From positions 21,899 through 85,898 of the forward strand of contig MGSF01000022.1 in the NCBI GenBank assembly GCA_001798715.1: 64,000 nt of DNA. Reading direction: 5' to 3'. Shown here piece by piece: positions 32,927 through 43,921 of the stretch; within the stretch, counting starts at the first letter, position 1, and each line of letters starts with the position of its first letter. Under the pieces are notes generated by a model, which saw only the letters and a list, made by a program, of their open reading frames with translations, made no database searches and was not told the DNA's origin. Made by a program: the position numbers and the translations under genes. This DNA is from Deltaproteobacteria bacterium RIFCSPLOWO2_02_FULL_50_16. GTDB taxonomy: Bacteria > UBA10199 > 2-02-FULL-50-16.

Positions 32927-34483
32927 TCATTGAGGCTTGATGGGGAAAGAAGGAAGCGTCGTGGCAGGAGAGTCTGGTAGTATAGAGGGGGCCGCCAAGC
33001 CTTTAATTTCAAGGGATATAGGGCGTTCTACGACGCCTCCACTTTGGCGATCTCTCACCGTAATGATGAGGGTGTGAGGACCGGGAAGGGTGGCAGGAGG
33101 GATAATGAGACTGCTTTTCAATCGGAGCGCTTCGCGAGAAAAACTTTCAATTTTTTTGTCGACAATGTTCATTTTCTCCCAAATGATAATGCCAGAGGGG
33201 TCATTGAGGATAAAATCCATCTGAAGCCAGGCCAATCCTTTTTTTATTTTGGCTCCGGAGGCTTCAATGGTGACATAGAGGATGTTGCCCGGAAAGAAAA
33301 TGGGTTCGGAAGGCGTTTGGTGGTTTTGATCCTCAATGATGACTTGATCGATTTGTAACTGGTCAAAGAATTGACCTTTGAGCCAACCTTGCCATTGGCG
33401 AGGGACATGAAAGGATTCCAGATTGATGAATTGTTTTGATTTGAGGAAATTTTTAGAATTGTTAATACCGGTATACAACAGAAAAATTCCCGCCAGTAAT
33501 GTTAAGAGAAAAATAAAAAAACGCAGAAAAGTGACAGGATGTCGGACAACGACGGTCATGGACCATATGTCTCCTAGCCTTTGCTTTTGTCTTGAAAAAA
33601 AACATGAAAGGTAGCCTAAGGGTGTGAGATCTAGGGGGCGGATGAGATTGCGCATCAGAATCGCGGCAAATCGGGGAGAGTACCCCTCTTCGTCAAGTAT
33701 TTTCATGCCCAGAATCATTTTGCCCGGAGTCCCTTTGCCCCATAATTCAAATCCCAACCAGTAAAAAACAGCGATGAGGGAAAGAGAATTCAAGAGAATG
33801 GATGAGATAAGAGGGATATTTGAGGGGATCATCAAGAAAAAGCCTGAGAGGATGAGCGATATAAGGAGGAGATCTATGAAAAAGGAGAAAATTCTACGGT
33901 TGGCAGTAGCCAAATGTAATTTTGCAATAGGCATCCTTTCGGAGGGGTCTGGGATCTTGCGGATGACTTTTGTGCGTCCCATAACATCCCCCAAGCGGCA
34001 ATGAAAAGGGGAGCTTTCCATGAAGAGGAGAAGGAAAATTGGGAAAACGGCAATGTCGATAAAGCGAAAAAGATTACGTATGAGAATCGAAAAAAAAGAA
34101 GGAAATCTGTCTTGAAGGTTGAGTACTTTTATATGTGTCATGAGTTTGCCGATGGTTGTGGCCCAAACACCTTCCCAAATGATGTAGTAAACAAAAAGGG
34201 CGCTTAAACCGATACCCCCTAGGATCAGTTGTTGCATTTCGGAAATATTCCAGGGAAGCGGTATGTCCTTTCGAGTGACAAAGGAATAATAGGCACAGTA
34301 TCCGCCCGACAACAGGAGGCCAATGAAGGCCAGATCGATGCAAAAGGCCATGAGTCTTTCATGAAGATGAGCGGGGCTTTGTCGAAGGGCTTGGTGGGAG
34401 ATATTTTCCGAGGATGTTTCCGGGATATTTTCAACATGGGTGACGGAGGGGTTTTCGGAGACTTCTTCGGTGTTTTGATTCAT
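32927..34483 (-). CDS. RDD-family membrane protein with two RDD domains and a C-terminal extracytoplasmic domain of about 200 aa
   Basis: Two repeats of the R...D..D membrane motif (HERLMAFCIDLA...RNLFRFIDIA and RRIFSFFIDLL...RNLIRPLDL). Confidence 0.55.
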   Translation of the reverse strand: MNQNTEEVSENPSVTHVENIPETSSENISHQALRQSPAHLHERLMAFCIDLAFIGLLLSGGYCAYYSFVTRKDIPLPWNISEMQQLILGGIGLSALFVYYIIWEGVWATTIGKLMTHIKVLNLQDRFPSFFSILIRNLFRFIDIAVFPIFLLLFMESSPFHCRLGDVMGRTKVIRKIPDPSERMPIAKLHLATANRRIFSFFIDLLLISLILSGFFLMIPSNIPLISSILLNSLSLIAVFYWLGFELWGKGTPGKMILGMKILDEEGYSPRFAAILMRNLIRPLDLTPLGYLSCFFSRQKQRLGDIWSMTVVVRHPVTFLRFFIFLLTLLAGIFLLYTGINNSKNFLKSKQFINLESFHVPRQWQGWLKGQFFDQLQIDQVIIEDQNHQTPSEPIFFPGNILYVTIEASGAKIKKGLAWLQMDFILNDPSGIIIWEKMNIVDKKIESFSREALRLKSSLIIPPATLPGPHTLIITVRDRQSGGVVERPISLEIKGLAAPSILPDSPATTLPSFPIKPQ

Positions 34484-35220
34484 GTATTTTTAAATAATTT
34501 AATCAGCAGATCGGGATAATCCGTAATCAATCCATGGACGTTCTGTTTGGCAAAAAAACGAGCCTCATCCATACTATTGATGGTCCAGACTATTATTTTG
34601 TAACCCTTTTTATGAAAACGGTCAATACTTTGCTTGGTGGCGAGGCATGTCGAAGGATTAAGAGTGGTCACTTTGGCCCAAGGGGCAAATAGGGCGCGTC
34701 GATTATGCCATGATTGTCTTTCATAAAAAAGGAGGGCCCTCTCAATATGCGGGGCATGTTTATAGAAATATCTCAGTGAAATAGGATTAAATGAGGATAT
34801 AAGAATATGACTTTCGATTTTGAATGTGTTGAGGATTTGCAAAACCGCCTTTTCAAGACAGTGATCAAAAAAAGAATAATTTTTCAGCTCTATATTAAAA
34901 AGGCATTGGTCCTTAATAAAATCACAAACCTCTAGCAGTGTGGGTATCTTGGCCTTTTTATTGGATTGGGGATGAACGATGTCGACCTCTCTTACCTGTT
35001 CAATGGTCAATTCTTGGATAAATTTTTGACTATGCCCCATTCTTTCTAAGGTGCTGTCATGAAAGACAACGACATGTCCATCCCGGGTGATTTGAACATC
35101 ACATTCTATCCCGTCAACATTCGACTGAATGGCGGCTTCAAAGGATTCTAATGTGTTTTCTGGATATTGGTTGTGAAGACCGCGGTGGGCAATAATGAAG
35201 GGGGGCATAGAAAAGCTCAC
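34480..35220 (-). CDS. Glycerophosphodiester phosphodiesterase family protein
   Basis: IIAHRG...ENTLESF GDPD N-terminal motif. Confidence 0.75.
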   Translation of the reverse strand: MSFSMPPFIIAHRGLHNQYPENTLESFEAAIQSNVDGIECDVQITRDGHVVVFHDSTLERMGHSQKFIQELTIEQVREVDIVHPQSNKKAKIPTLLEVCDFIKDQCLFNIELKNYSFFDHCLEKAVLQILNTFKIESHILISSFNPISLRYFYKHAPHIERALLFYERQSWHNRRALFAPWAKVTTLNPSTCLATKQSIDRFHKKGYKIIVWTINSMDEARFFAKQNVHGLITDYPDLLIKLFKNT

Positions 35221-35969
35221 GATGGAGGAGGCAATAATGTATTGGCCTCATACTGTAAGATGCTGGCAACAGTGACACTGGCTGTTTCTGACCTGAGGAT
35301 GCGATCGCCTAAGGAAATAGGGATAAAATGGGACCTTATGGCTTTTTGAATTTCATCAGGGGTAAATCCCCCCTCTGGACCTATGATATAAATGATGGAT
35401 TTTATTATTGAAAGATCGCGATCAGGATTCCTCAAAATCCTTTTGAGGGAGTGGGAGGCCTCATTTTCCCAACACAAGATCTTGAGGTCATATTGCTGGC
35501 TCGCATGGAGGAGCTTGTCAAATGAGAGAGGGGGGGCGAGAGTGGGGGTGTAGGTTTGACCGGATTGTTTCATGGCCTCTTGGGCAATTCTTTTCCATCG
35601 CTCCCGGCGGGAATTTTCTTTTCCCTGAGGGACGGTGCGTGAAGAGGTGAAGGGGATAATATGGGATACACCGAGTTCGACGGTCTTTTGTATGACCCAG
35701 TCCATTTTGTCTTTTTTGATGAGGGCTTGGGCACAGCAGAGTTGGATGGGAAGGGTCGAGAGGGATTTTTGAGAAGTGATTTTAACAGTGATTCCTTGAG
35801 TTTGCATGCTGTCGATGATGCCTTCATACACGATTCCGGCCCCGTCTGTCATTGACAGGGCATCGCCTTTTTTGAGACGAAGGACATTTTTGATGTGACG
35901 GACATCGGGCCCCTTAATGGCTACTTGGTCGTTGATGATATATTTAGCTTCAATTAAAAAGCGGGGCAT
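35217..35969 (-). CDS. rsmE: 16S rRNA (uracil1498-N3)-methyltransferase RsmE
   Basis: PUA-like N-terminus. RsmE C-terminal SPOUT motifs (IIGPEGGF...E). Confidence 0.75.
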   Translation of the reverse strand: MPRFLIEAKYIINDQVAIKGPDVRHIKNVLRLKKGDALSMTDGAGIVYEGIIDSMQTQGITVKITSQKSLSTLPIQLCCAQALIKKDKMDWVIQKTVELGVSHIIPFTSSRTVPQGKENSRRERWKRIAQEAMKQSGQTYTPTLAPPLSFDKLLHASQQYDLKILCWENEASHSLKRILRNPDRDLSIIKSIIYIIGPEGGFTPDEIQKAIRSHFIPISLGDRILRSETASVTVASILQYEANTLLPPPS

Positions 35970-36154
35970 GTCTTTCTCCAGAGGAGAAACCTACAAAGGC
36001 TCCTTCCTCCCATAGTCCCAACGCCGTTGGGGCATGATTCTCTTTTACAAAAATGGAGATCATCCGGCAATCTTTTTCGTTACAAGGCAGTACATTAACT
36101 ACTATACTAATGATCTGCCCAGTATTAAGCAGTAGTGAAGGCATTTGGTTTTTA

Positions 36155-36168
36155 CACTACGCGTAGTG
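36155..36168. promoter_or_regulatory. 14-bp perfect palindrome CACTACGCGTAGTG in the divergent rsmE / ROK-kinase promoter region
   Basis: Read directly. Exact dyad. Confidence 0.35.
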
Positions 36169-36255
36169 GGATTTGAACTGATTAATAATGAAAGAAATGG
36201 GGATTTGTGATAAATAATGGCCTGCTTTAGTGTCTGAAGAATAAAGGAGCTGATT

Positions 36256-37206
36256 GTGCCTTGTGCCATAGGAATTGATTTGGGGGGAACTAATCTCAGG
36301 GCGGCCTTAGTGGACCACAAGGGCAAGGTTTTGGCTTTTAGGCGGCAGTCGGCTGAAGCCGCCAAGGGCCGGGATTTTGTAGTGGCCTCTCTTTTGAATA
36401 TGGCCACTCAGTTGTTGGAGGAGGCTACAAAACGCGGATTAACTGTCTTGGGGGTTGGGGCCGGTATTCCAGGGATTATAGAAGACGGGGTCGTCTATCA
36501 GTCACCTCATTTTTCAGATTGGGTGGAGTTTGATATACAAAAGGCCATAGCCCATAAGCTTTCTTATCCCGTTCACGTTGATAATGATGCCAATTGTGTG
36601 GCCTTGGGAGAGGCCTGGCTGGGTTCGGCTCGTGGATTGACCCACTTTATCCTCCTGACCTTGGGGACCGGTATTGGGGGGGGCTTGTACATGAATGGTC
36701 AATTGTGGAAAGGGGAGAGTGGTTTTGCGGGTGAAATGGGGCATATGGTCATTGAGGTTTTTGGACCTCCCTGCGCCTGCGGGAGTCGAGGGTGTTGGGA
36801 GTTATACTGTTCGGCCTCTGGGATGAAGAGACTGATGACATTATTCGAAGATGTTCAGTCTCGGGAGGTTTTTGAAAAAAAACTCGGAAAAGACATATTC
36901 CATGTCACCATAGAAGACCTCTATCAGGGCGCCAAAGAGGGAGATATTTTTTCCAATGCGATGTTTAAGAAATTTGGGTATTACTTGGGCGTAGGCATTG
37001 CCTCACTCGTTAATGCCTTAGATATTGAGACGTTTGTTATGGGTGGGGGGATTAGTTGTGCGTGGAATTTTTTTATTGAGGAAACTCACAAGAGTCTCGC
37101 CAAGAGGACTTATAAAGAAACGAGCAAGCGCGTCAAACTCATTCAGGCACAGTTGGGGGATCAGGCAGGGGTTTTGGGTGCCGCATCGGTATTTTTATCG
37201 GTCTAA
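36256..37206 (+). CDS. ROK-family sugar kinase (glucokinase-like, no HTH domain)
   Basis: IGIDLGGTNLRAALVD ATP-binding motif. Zn motif CACGSRGCWE. Confidence 0.8.
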   Translation: MPCAIGIDLGGTNLRAALVDHKGKVLAFRRQSAEAAKGRDFVVASLLNMATQLLEEATKRGLTVLGVGAGIPGIIEDGVVYQSPHFSDWVEFDIQKAIAHKLSYPVHVDNDANCVALGEAWLGSARGLTHFILLTLGTGIGGGLYMNGQLWKGESGFAGEMGHMVIEVFGPPCACGSRGCWELYCSASGMKRLMTLFEDVQSREVFEKKLGKDIFHVTIEDLYQGAKEGDIFSNAMFKKFGYYLGVGIASLVNALDIETFVMGGGISCAWNFFIEETHKSLAKRTYKETSKRVKLIQAQLGDQAGVLGAASVFLSV

Positions 37207-38052
37207 CCAACTTTTTTCCAATTTTTCGTAGACTTGAATGTCAGGTTTTTGAAACCCATGGAGACGAAGGGTCTCTAGAATTTCACTTCCTTCAGGGTCT
37301 TGATGCATTGTGAGTAAAATGGGAATGATGATCTCAAACGGATGTTTTGATTGGGGTGCCGGAAAGACGACTAGGGGAGCCGAGGGCAGGGGAACCGACG
37401 TGGATTCAACCGTCACATTTTGGGCCCATAGGGCCTCAAGGTTTTTAATGGTTTCATATTCGAATGAATTGATAAGAAAATAGGCCTTCAATTCGTCCTG
37501 CCCTATTTTTTTTATGATGCCCATGATATTTTCAGTCGGGACGAGTTTGGCGGCGGCCATCATGGGAGAGTTTGAAAAGATGACATTTTTTAAAAAAAGA
37601 GAGGAATAGGGACGGGGTGAATAGACGGGAGAGTCATAGGGGCTGGGTGAGGCCCCTTTGTGTGTGAGGAGGTAAAATCGTTCTGTCCCATTTTTCTCCG
37701 GGAGGGATAACGTTTGGAGAAGGAGCGCAACCTCGCGTAATTCTTTACTTTCTAAATAAACAGGAAGACTTATTATTCCTAATGAGGTTTTGTTAGACTG
37801 GATTATCTTCTTTCCTGAGGTTACGTCAGAGATGTATAAAGGTTTAAACTTGATGTTATCGGGGGTCCTTTGATTGAGATAATCGGTGAAGGTGGTCAAA
37901 ATGGGTTGTGCCTGGGCCGCGGTTCCTTCTCCCCCGGGATACCAAAAGATAAAGTCGTATGTTTTGGCCTCAAGTTTTTTTGCAAGGCACAGAACAAACC
38001 CCAGCACTAGGACAGTGGCAATAAGGGTTAGGCGTAAGAGGCCTCGGTTCAT
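37195..38052 (-). CDS. Hypothetical secreted/periplasmic protein with an N-terminal signal peptide
   Basis: Signal peptide LLRLTLIATVLVLGFVLCLA. No confident family. Confidence 0.4.
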   Translation of the reverse strand: MNRGLLRLTLIATVLVLGFVLCLAKKLEAKTYDFIFWYPGGEGTAAQAQPILTTFTDYLNQRTPDNIKFKPLYISDVTSGKKIIQSNKTSLGIISLPVYLESKELREVALLLQTLSLPEKNGTERFYLLTHKGASPSPYDSPVYSPRPYSSLFLKNVIFSNSPMMAAAKLVPTENIMGIIKKIGQDELKAYFLINSFEYETIKNLEALWAQNVTVESTSVPLPSAPLVVFPAPQSKHPFEIIIPILLTMHQDPEGSEILETLRLHGFQKPDIQVYEKLEKSWLDR

Positions 38053-38123
38053 TCAAGGTCTTGTAACATGGACCTGAAAACGGGGGCAAGTAAGAAGTCA
38101 TCATGGAATGGAGATGAGAAATC

Positions 38124-39605
38124 ATGATAAAAACCCCTTTTGAGACCTTTCAAAAGTCAGCGCGTTTAGGTCCTCGTGTTTCTGTTGTCGGAGAGATCCT
38201 GGCGGATCGTGAAACACCCGTTTCTGTTTATTGTAAGGTGAAGCAGCCGTATTCGTTTTTGCTGGAGAGCGTTGAGGGTCGTGAGAAGTGGGCTCGATAC
38301 AGCTTTATCGGTTTGGAGCCGGAGCTCATTTTTCGAAGTCGCGGTCAAAATGTTGAGATTGGCAATGGCAAAGGGGTTTTTAGGAGGAAAAAGGTCCGGG
38401 ATCCTTTCGGGGAATTGGAACATATCGTCAAAAGGCATCGTGTTGTTGGTGCGAGTCATCTGCCTCGCTTTGACGGGGGGGCTGTCGGTTATTTAGGTTA
38501 TGATATGGTGCATTTTTTTGAAAGACTGCCCTGTCAGGCCAAGGATGATCTCAAGGCATGGGATGCTTATTTCATCCTTCCAAGATTGTTGCTTATTTTT
38601 GATAATGTGGAACACAGGATCATGATTATCACTCATGCTGTTGTGGCAGAAAAATGTGATCTCCACAAGGAGTACGAGGGGTGTTGTCGGCGCATTGAAC
38701 AAATTGGCAAAAAGCTTCAATGTGCCCCTTCGGTTGTTTTGCAGAAAAAGAAAAAAACCCATCCCATGGCCTTCAAGGCCAACTGGTCCTCGGCCCGTTA
38801 TCAAAGGGCGGTGGAACGTATCAAGAAATATATTGTGGAAGGGGATGCGATTCAGGCTGTCCTTTCTCAGAGGTTTTCTTTTCCTTCACTGGAAGATTCT
38901 TTTGATCTTTACAGGGCGTTGCGGGTCATCAATCCTTCGCCGTACATGTTTTATCTTCATTTTGATGATGTGACATTGGTGGGGGCCTCGCCTGAGACCA
39001 TGGTTCGTTTGGAGGAGGGTCAATTGTCATTGCGACCCATAGCGGGCACACGCCGCCGGGGGCATAATGAAGAGGAGGATGCGGCCTTGGAAAAGGAGCT
39101 TTTGGAAGACCCCAAAGAAAGGGCCGAACATGTGATGCTCGTCGACTTGGGGCGAAATGATTTGGGGCGTGTGGCCGTCAAAGGGACTGTTCATGTTGAT
39201 GAATTTATGACGGTGGAGCGCTATTCGCATGTCATGCATATAGTGTCCAATGTGCAGGCGCGACTTCAAAATGGAAAAAATGCCTTTGATGTGATTCGTG
39301 CCACTTTTCCGGCGGGGACCTTATCAGGATCGCCCAAGGTACGTGCCATGGAAATTATTGACGGGCTGGAGCCCACAAAACGGGGGGCCTATGGGGGATG
39401 TGTTGGCTATTTTGGTTTTTCCGGTAACATGGATATGGCGATCACTATCCGATCTTTGTATATCCAGGGAAATAAAATGTATCTCCAGGTCGGAGCCGGG
39501 ATCGTGGCGGATTCTATCCCCCTCCTGGAATATAAGGAATGCCTTAATAAGGCCAGAGGGGTGATGAGGGCGATTGAGTTGGCGGTGAGTGGAAAGTTGT
39601 TGTAA
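38124..39605 (+). CDS. trpE: Anthranilate synthase component I
   Basis: Chorismate-binding domain motifs (LESVEG...; GGAVGYLGYD; PKVRAMEII). Confidence 0.9.
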   Translation: MIKTPFETFQKSARLGPRVSVVGEILADRETPVSVYCKVKQPYSFLLESVEGREKWARYSFIGLEPELIFRSRGQNVEIGNGKGVFRRKKVRDPFGELEHIVKRHRVVGASHLPRFDGGAVGYLGYDMVHFFERLPCQAKDDLKAWDAYFILPRLLLIFDNVEHRIMIITHAVVAEKCDLHKEYEGCCRRIEQIGKKLQCAPSVVLQKKKKTHPMAFKANWSSARYQRAVERIKKYIVEGDAIQAVLSQRFSFPSLEDSFDLYRALRVINPSPYMFYLHFDDVTLVGASPETMVRLEEGQLSLRPIAGTRRRGHNEEEDAALEKELLEDPKERAEHVMLVDLGRNDLGRVAVKGTVHVDEFMTVERYSHVMHIVSNVQARLQNGKNAFDVIRATFPAGTLSGSPKVRAMEIIDGLEPTKRGAYGGCVGYFGFSGNMDMAITIRSLYIQGNKMYLQVGAGIVADSIPLLEYKECLNKARGVMRAIELAVSGKLL

Positions 39606-39619
39606 GATAAGGATCTCCA

Positions 39620-40186
39620 ATGCTGTTGATGATCGATAATTATGATTCTTTTACCTATAATCTTGTCCAATACTTTTTGGAACTGGGTGAGGAGGTCAAG
39701 GTCTATCGCAATGATGCGATTTCATTAAAGGATATTGCAAAGAAGAAACCTTCCAAGATTGTGATATCACCGGGACCGTGTACGCCCCATGAAGCCGGCA
39801 TTTCGGTTTCGGTGATTAAAAGATTTGCCGGGAAGATTCCATTGTTGGGAGTTTGTTTGGGGCAGCAGTCTATTGCCGCCGCTTTTGGAGGTAAAATTGT
39901 TCATGCCCAACGGTTGATGCATGGAAAAACATCAAAAATCTTCCATGATGGAAGAACGATTTTTCAAGGAATAGACAATCCCTTTGTGGCGACCCGATAC
40001 CACTCTTTGGTGGTGGATCGGAAAACCCTGCCGAGGGATTTTGAGATTACGGCTTGGACAGAGGATCATGAAATCATGGGTATTCGGCACCAGAATCATT
40101 TGGTCGAAGGGATGCAGTTTCATCCAGAATCCATACTGACGCGAGAGGGCAAGAATATTTTAAAAAACTTTCTTGGTTTATGTTGA
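39620..40186 (+). CDS. trpG: Anthranilate synthase component II (glutamine amidotransferase)
   Basis: Class I GATase motifs (GVCLGQQ, H..E). Confidence 0.85.
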   Translation: MLLMIDNYDSFTYNLVQYFLELGEEVKVYRNDAISLKDIAKKKPSKIVISPGPCTPHEAGISVSVIKRFAGKIPLLGVCLGQQSIAAAFGGKIVHAQRLMHGKTSKIFHDGRTIFQGIDNPFVATRYHSLVVDRKTLPRDFEITAWTEDHEIMGIRHQNHLVEGMQFHPESILTREGKNILKNFLGLC

Positions 40187-41199
40187 AGACAGTTTTACAA
40201 CGATTGACGGACAGAAAAGATTTGAGCCAACAAGAAATGGAATCAGCCTTGCGTTCCATGATGACAGGGCAGGTGTCCGAAGGTGATATTATTTCATTCC
40301 TTACCCTTTTAAAAGACAAAGGGGAAACGGTTTCGGAGATTACAGGTGCGACTCTCATTATGAGAGAGGTCTCGGAGCCGGTCTCTGTTGATGACAGTTT
40401 TTTAGTAGACACCTGTGGTACGGGAGGGGATCAGAAGGGGACTTTCAATATATCGACGGCGGCCGCCTTTGTTGCGGCTGGAGCCGGAGCCAAGGTTGCC
40501 AAACACGGTAACCGTTCGATTTCATCACAATCGGGGAGCGCTGATGTCTTAGAAAAATTAGGGGTCAAGATTGATTGCGAAACACATGTTGTTAAAAAAT
40601 GTTTAGAAGAAATCGGAATAGGCTTTTTCTTCGCCCCTCGCTATCACCCAGCGATGCGATATGTGGCCACGGCCAGAAAAAAAATCGGGTCAAAGACCAT
40701 TTTTAATATTTTGGGCCCTTTAACAAATCCTGCGGGAGCCAAAAGGCAATTGATAGGTGTTTATGATCCTTCTGTGCAGGAAAAGATGGCGACCGTTCTC
40801 ATGGATTTGGGTTCTGAGCATGTTTGGGTGGTCCATGGTTCTGATGGCCTGGATGAAATTACATTGACGGGCCCGACTCATGTTGTCGAATGTCATGAGG
40901 GGCGCCTCAAGAAATGGGAATTGATGCCGCAGGATTACAATCTCAAGGCTTGTCGCCTGGAGGATCTGTTGGGGGGGGATGCTGTTTTTAATGCCAACCT
41001 CCTCAAGGGGATTTTGGAGGGTTTTGTAAGTCCCTTGCGTGATGTGGTCGTTCTCAATGCAGCCGCGGCACTGACTCTTTCTGGTAAGGCCCACAATCTT
41101 GAAGAAGGACTCATGATGGCTTGTCATTCCATTGACAAAGGACACGCCTTCAACACCTTGAAACGGCTGGTAGAAATGACACAGGGAACTCGACAATGA
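40180..41199 (+). CDS. trpD: Anthranilate phosphoribosyltransferase
   Basis: DTCGTGGD motif. 339 aa. Confidence 0.9.
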   Translation: MLKTVLQRLTDRKDLSQQEMESALRSMMTGQVSEGDIISFLTLLKDKGETVSEITGATLIMREVSEPVSVDDSFLVDTCGTGGDQKGTFNISTAAAFVAAGAGAKVAKHGNRSISSQSGSADVLEKLGVKIDCETHVVKKCLEEIGIGFFFAPRYHPAMRYVATARKKIGSKTIFNILGPLTNPAGAKRQLIGVYDPSVQEKMATVLMDLGSEHVWVVHGSDGLDEITLTGPTHVVECHEGRLKKWELMPQDYNLKACRLEDLLGGDAVFNANLLKGILEGFVSPLRDVVVLNAAAALTLSGKAHNLEEGLMMACHSIDKGHAFNTLKRLVEMTQGTRQ

Positions 41200-41981
41200 T
41201 TTTAGACAAGATCATTAAAAGTAAGAAGGAAGAGATTGAACATCATCAGAGGCTCAGATCTCTCGATGATATGCGCTGTAGGGCCAAGAATGCCCCGCCT
41301 GTTGTTTTAATGTCAGAATCTTTAAAGGCCGGTCCAGACAATGAAATTAAAATCATTGCTGAAATAAAGAGAAAATCCCCCTCAGCAGGTTTTTTACGAC
41401 TCGATCTCGATATCACTCATGTGGCAAGGATGTATGACGAGGCCGGGGCCTCTGGATTGTCTGTATTGACCGATGGTCCTTTCTTTCAAGGATCACTTGA
41501 GGATCTTCAGAGGGTGCGAGCGGTGGTGACTCTGCCCTTGTTGCGCAAGGATTTTATTTTTGATCCTTATCAGGTTTATGAAGCCAGGGTTTTTGGGGCC
41601 GATTGTATTTTGCTGATCGCACGGATCCTGGAGGTTCGTCAATTAGAAGATCTCATGGGGTTGGCCTCTGAACTGGAGATGGAGGCGTTGGTTGAAATAC
41701 ACTCTAGGGAAGAATGGGAAAAGATTTCTAACATCAAGATTGATTTATTGGGGATTAATAACCGCAATTTGGATTCACTAAAAATTAATCTTCAGACAAC
41801 AGTCAAATTGGCTCAACAAATTCCTCAAGAGGCTCTTTTGGTGAGTGAGAGTGGCATTCAATCAGCGGCGGACATCCGATTACTTATGAAAGAGGCGGGA
41901 GTTTTCCGGTTTTTAATCGGAGAAACCTTGTTAAGGACACAAGATCCGGCCAAGGCACTCAAAGAATTGTTGATGGGATAG
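41196..41981 (+). CDS. trpC: Indole-3-glycerol phosphate synthase
   Basis: IAEIKRKSPSAG and LLRKDFI motifs. Confidence 0.85.
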   Translation: MILDKIIKSKKEEIEHHQRLRSLDDMRCRAKNAPPVVLMSESLKAGPDNEIKIIAEIKRKSPSAGFLRLDLDITHVARMYDEAGASGLSVLTDGPFFQGSLEDLQRVRAVVTLPLLRKDFIFDPYQVYEARVFGADCILLIARILEVRQLEDLMGLASELEMEALVEIHSREEWEKISNIKIDLLGINNRNLDSLKINLQTTVKLAQQIPQEALLVSESGIQSAADIRLLMKEAGVFRFLIGETLLRTQDPAKALKELLMG

Positions 41982-41984
41982 ATT

Positions 41985-42602
41985 ATGATCAAGGTCAAAA
42001 TATGTGGCATGACCAATTTGGACGATGTGCTGGCCGCCATCGAATTTGGTGCCGATGCTATTGGATTTAACTTTTTCAAGAAGTCCCCTCGCTATATAGC
42101 TCCGGAAAAAGTAAAAGAGTTGTTGGACAATGTCCCTGCATCTGTTTGGAAGGTGGGCGTTTTTGTCAATGAGGATGATAAGCTTGTAAGAGGGATATCG
42201 CAGGAGTTGTCATTGGATTTTCTCCAGTTTCACGGTGATGAAACCCCGTATTATTGTCAACAATTTGCGGCACCTTATTGGAAAGTTTTTCGCTTGAGGG
42301 ATGAGAAAAGTTTGCTCTTGATGCAGCACTATCATTGTGAGTATTTTCTTATTGATACTTATGATCCTGTATCTTATGGAGGGACGGGGAGGGTGGGTCG
42401 CTGGGATTTGGCCCGCAAGGCCAAATCCATTGGAAAGATTATTCTTGCGGGGGGGCTTCATCCCGATAATATTGAAGAGGCAATAAAACAGGTGCATCCT
42501 GATGGTGTTGATGTCACAACGGGGATTGAATCTGAACCCGGCAAAAAAGATCATCATAAAATGGAACAGTTCATTGTTCGAGTGAAAAACTGTGTGACAT
42601 GA
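41985..42602 (+). CDS. trpF: Phosphoribosylanthranilate isomerase
   Basis: MIKVKICGMT N-terminus typical of TrpF. Confidence 0.8.
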   Translation: MIKVKICGMTNLDDVLAAIEFGADAIGFNFFKKSPRYIAPEKVKELLDNVPASVWKVGVFVNEDDKLVRGISQELSLDFLQFHGDETPYYCQQFAAPYWKVFRLRDEKSLLLMQHYHCEYFLIDTYDPVSYGGTGRVGRWDLARKAKSIGKIILAGGLHPDNIEEAIKQVHPDGVDVTTGIESEPGKKDHHKMEQFIVRVKNCVT

Positions 42603-42621
42603 TGTGACATGAAAGGTTGTC

Positions 42622-43812
42622 GTGAGCCTGCCTGATAAAAAGGGACATTTTGGGATTTTTGGCGGTCAATATGTGGCGGAGACCCTCATGCCAGCCCTGG
42701 AGGAGCTCGAAAAGGCCTATCACGAGGCCTCTCAAGATCCTTTATTCAAAAAGGAAATCGAGGATTATGGCAGGACCTATATTGGTCGTCCCACACCTCT
42801 CTATTTGGCTCAAAGACTTTCAAGGAAGTTGGGAGGGGGCAAGATTTATTTGAAGAGGGAGGATCTTTGTCATACGGGGGCTCACAAGGTCAATAATACA
42901 CTGGGACAGTGTCTTTTGGCCCAGCGGATGGGAAAACGGCGGGTGATCGCGGAAACGGGGGCCGGCCAGCATGGGGTGGCTACGGCCACGATGGCGGCCT
43001 TGTTGGATCTTGAGTGTGTTGTCTATATGGGGGCTGAAGATATCAAGAGACAGTCTCTTAATGTTTTTCGGATGAAGCTTTTGGGGGCCAAGGTGGTGCC
43101 TGTTCATTCGGGCTCCAAGACATTAAAGGATGCCTTAAATGAGGCCTTGAGGGACTGGGTGACCCATGTGAAAACCACGTATTATTGTATTGGATCTGTG
43201 GCTGGTCCCCATCCCTATCCGATGATGGTCAGAGACTTTCAATCGATTATAGGCGAGGAGGTGGGTCGGCAAATAATGCCGTTCGAACAAAGGGATCCCG
43301 ACTATCTTGTTGCGTGTGTCGGTGGAGGGTCCAATGCCATTGGTTTGTTTTATCCATTTTTAGACAATCCCCAGGTTCACATGATTGGTGTTGAGGCGGC
43401 GGGATTGGGATTGTCCTCGTTGCGACATGCGGCGACCCTTTTGAAAGGAAAAGTCGGTGTCCTTCATGGCAGCAAATCCTATTTGCTGCAAGATAATGAG
43501 GGTCAGGTCCAAACGACGCATTCTATCTCGGCGGGTCTTGATTATCCCGGTGTGGGACCGGAACACAGTTATCTCTATGAAACCGATAGAGTGGAGTATG
43601 TTGCTGTGACAGATCGGGAGGCGATGGAGGGATTTGATATCTTGGCCAAGACAGAAGGAATCATTGCCGCCCTAGAATCTGCCCATGCCATTGGATATTT
43701 GATAAAATTGGCCCCTGAACTCAGTCGGCACAAAACAGTGGTGGTCAATCTTTCAGGACGCGGTGACAAGGATATGCCGACGATAGCGAATTATTATAAG
43801 GTTGAGCTCTAA
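42622..43812 (+). CDS. trpB: Tryptophan synthase beta chain
   Basis: [16 protein letters not shown] and HTGAHKVNN motifs. Confidence 0.9.
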   Translation: MSLPDKKGHFGIFGGQYVAETLMPALEELEKAYHEASQDPLFKKEIEDYGRTYIGRPTPLYLAQRLSRKLGGGKIYLKREDLCHTGAHKVNNTLGQCLLAQRMGKRRVIAETGAGQHGVATATMAALLDLECVVYMGAEDIKRQSLNVFRMKLLGAKVVPVHSGSKTLKDALNEALRDWVTHVKTTYYCIGSVAGPHPYPMMVRDFQSIIGEEVGRQIMPFEQRDPDYLVACVGGGSNAIGLFYPFLDNPQVHMIGVEAAGLGLSSLRHAATLLKGKVGVLHGSKSYLLQDNEGQVQTTHSISAGLDYPGVGPEHSYLYETDRVEYVAVTDREAMEGFDILAKTEGIIAALESAHAIGYLIKLAPELSRHKTVVVNLSGRGDKDMPTIANYYKVEL

Positions 43813-43823
43813 AAAGATCGTAT

Positions 43824-43921
43824 TAACAGGACCGAAATAATATGGACAGCCCGATAGGGCTAACAGCCGGTCCTGTAATACTAACAGTCCCAAAATTGTA
43901 TAGACATTTGGGGACTGTTAG
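43824..43921 (+). other. Two strong hairpins in the trpB-trpA spacer. The 3' arm of the second (GGGACTGTTAG) covers the trpA SD and ends 1 nt before the ATG.
   Basis: ACAGGACCG (43825-33) pairs with CGGTCCTGT (43868-76). CTAACAGTCCC (43881-91) pairs with GGGACTGTTAG (43911-21), 11 of 11. Confidence 0.55.

Noticed and set aside
36150-36185. tRNA-like T-arm (revcomp CAGTTCAAATCCC) next to the 14-bp palindrome
   Set aside because: No complementary T-stem, no acceptor stem, and no D or anticodon arms could be built. Not a tRNA.
38103-38117. Mini-ORF MEWR upstream of trpE
   Set aside because: Four codons and nested inside the longer coupled uORF. Insufficient on its own.
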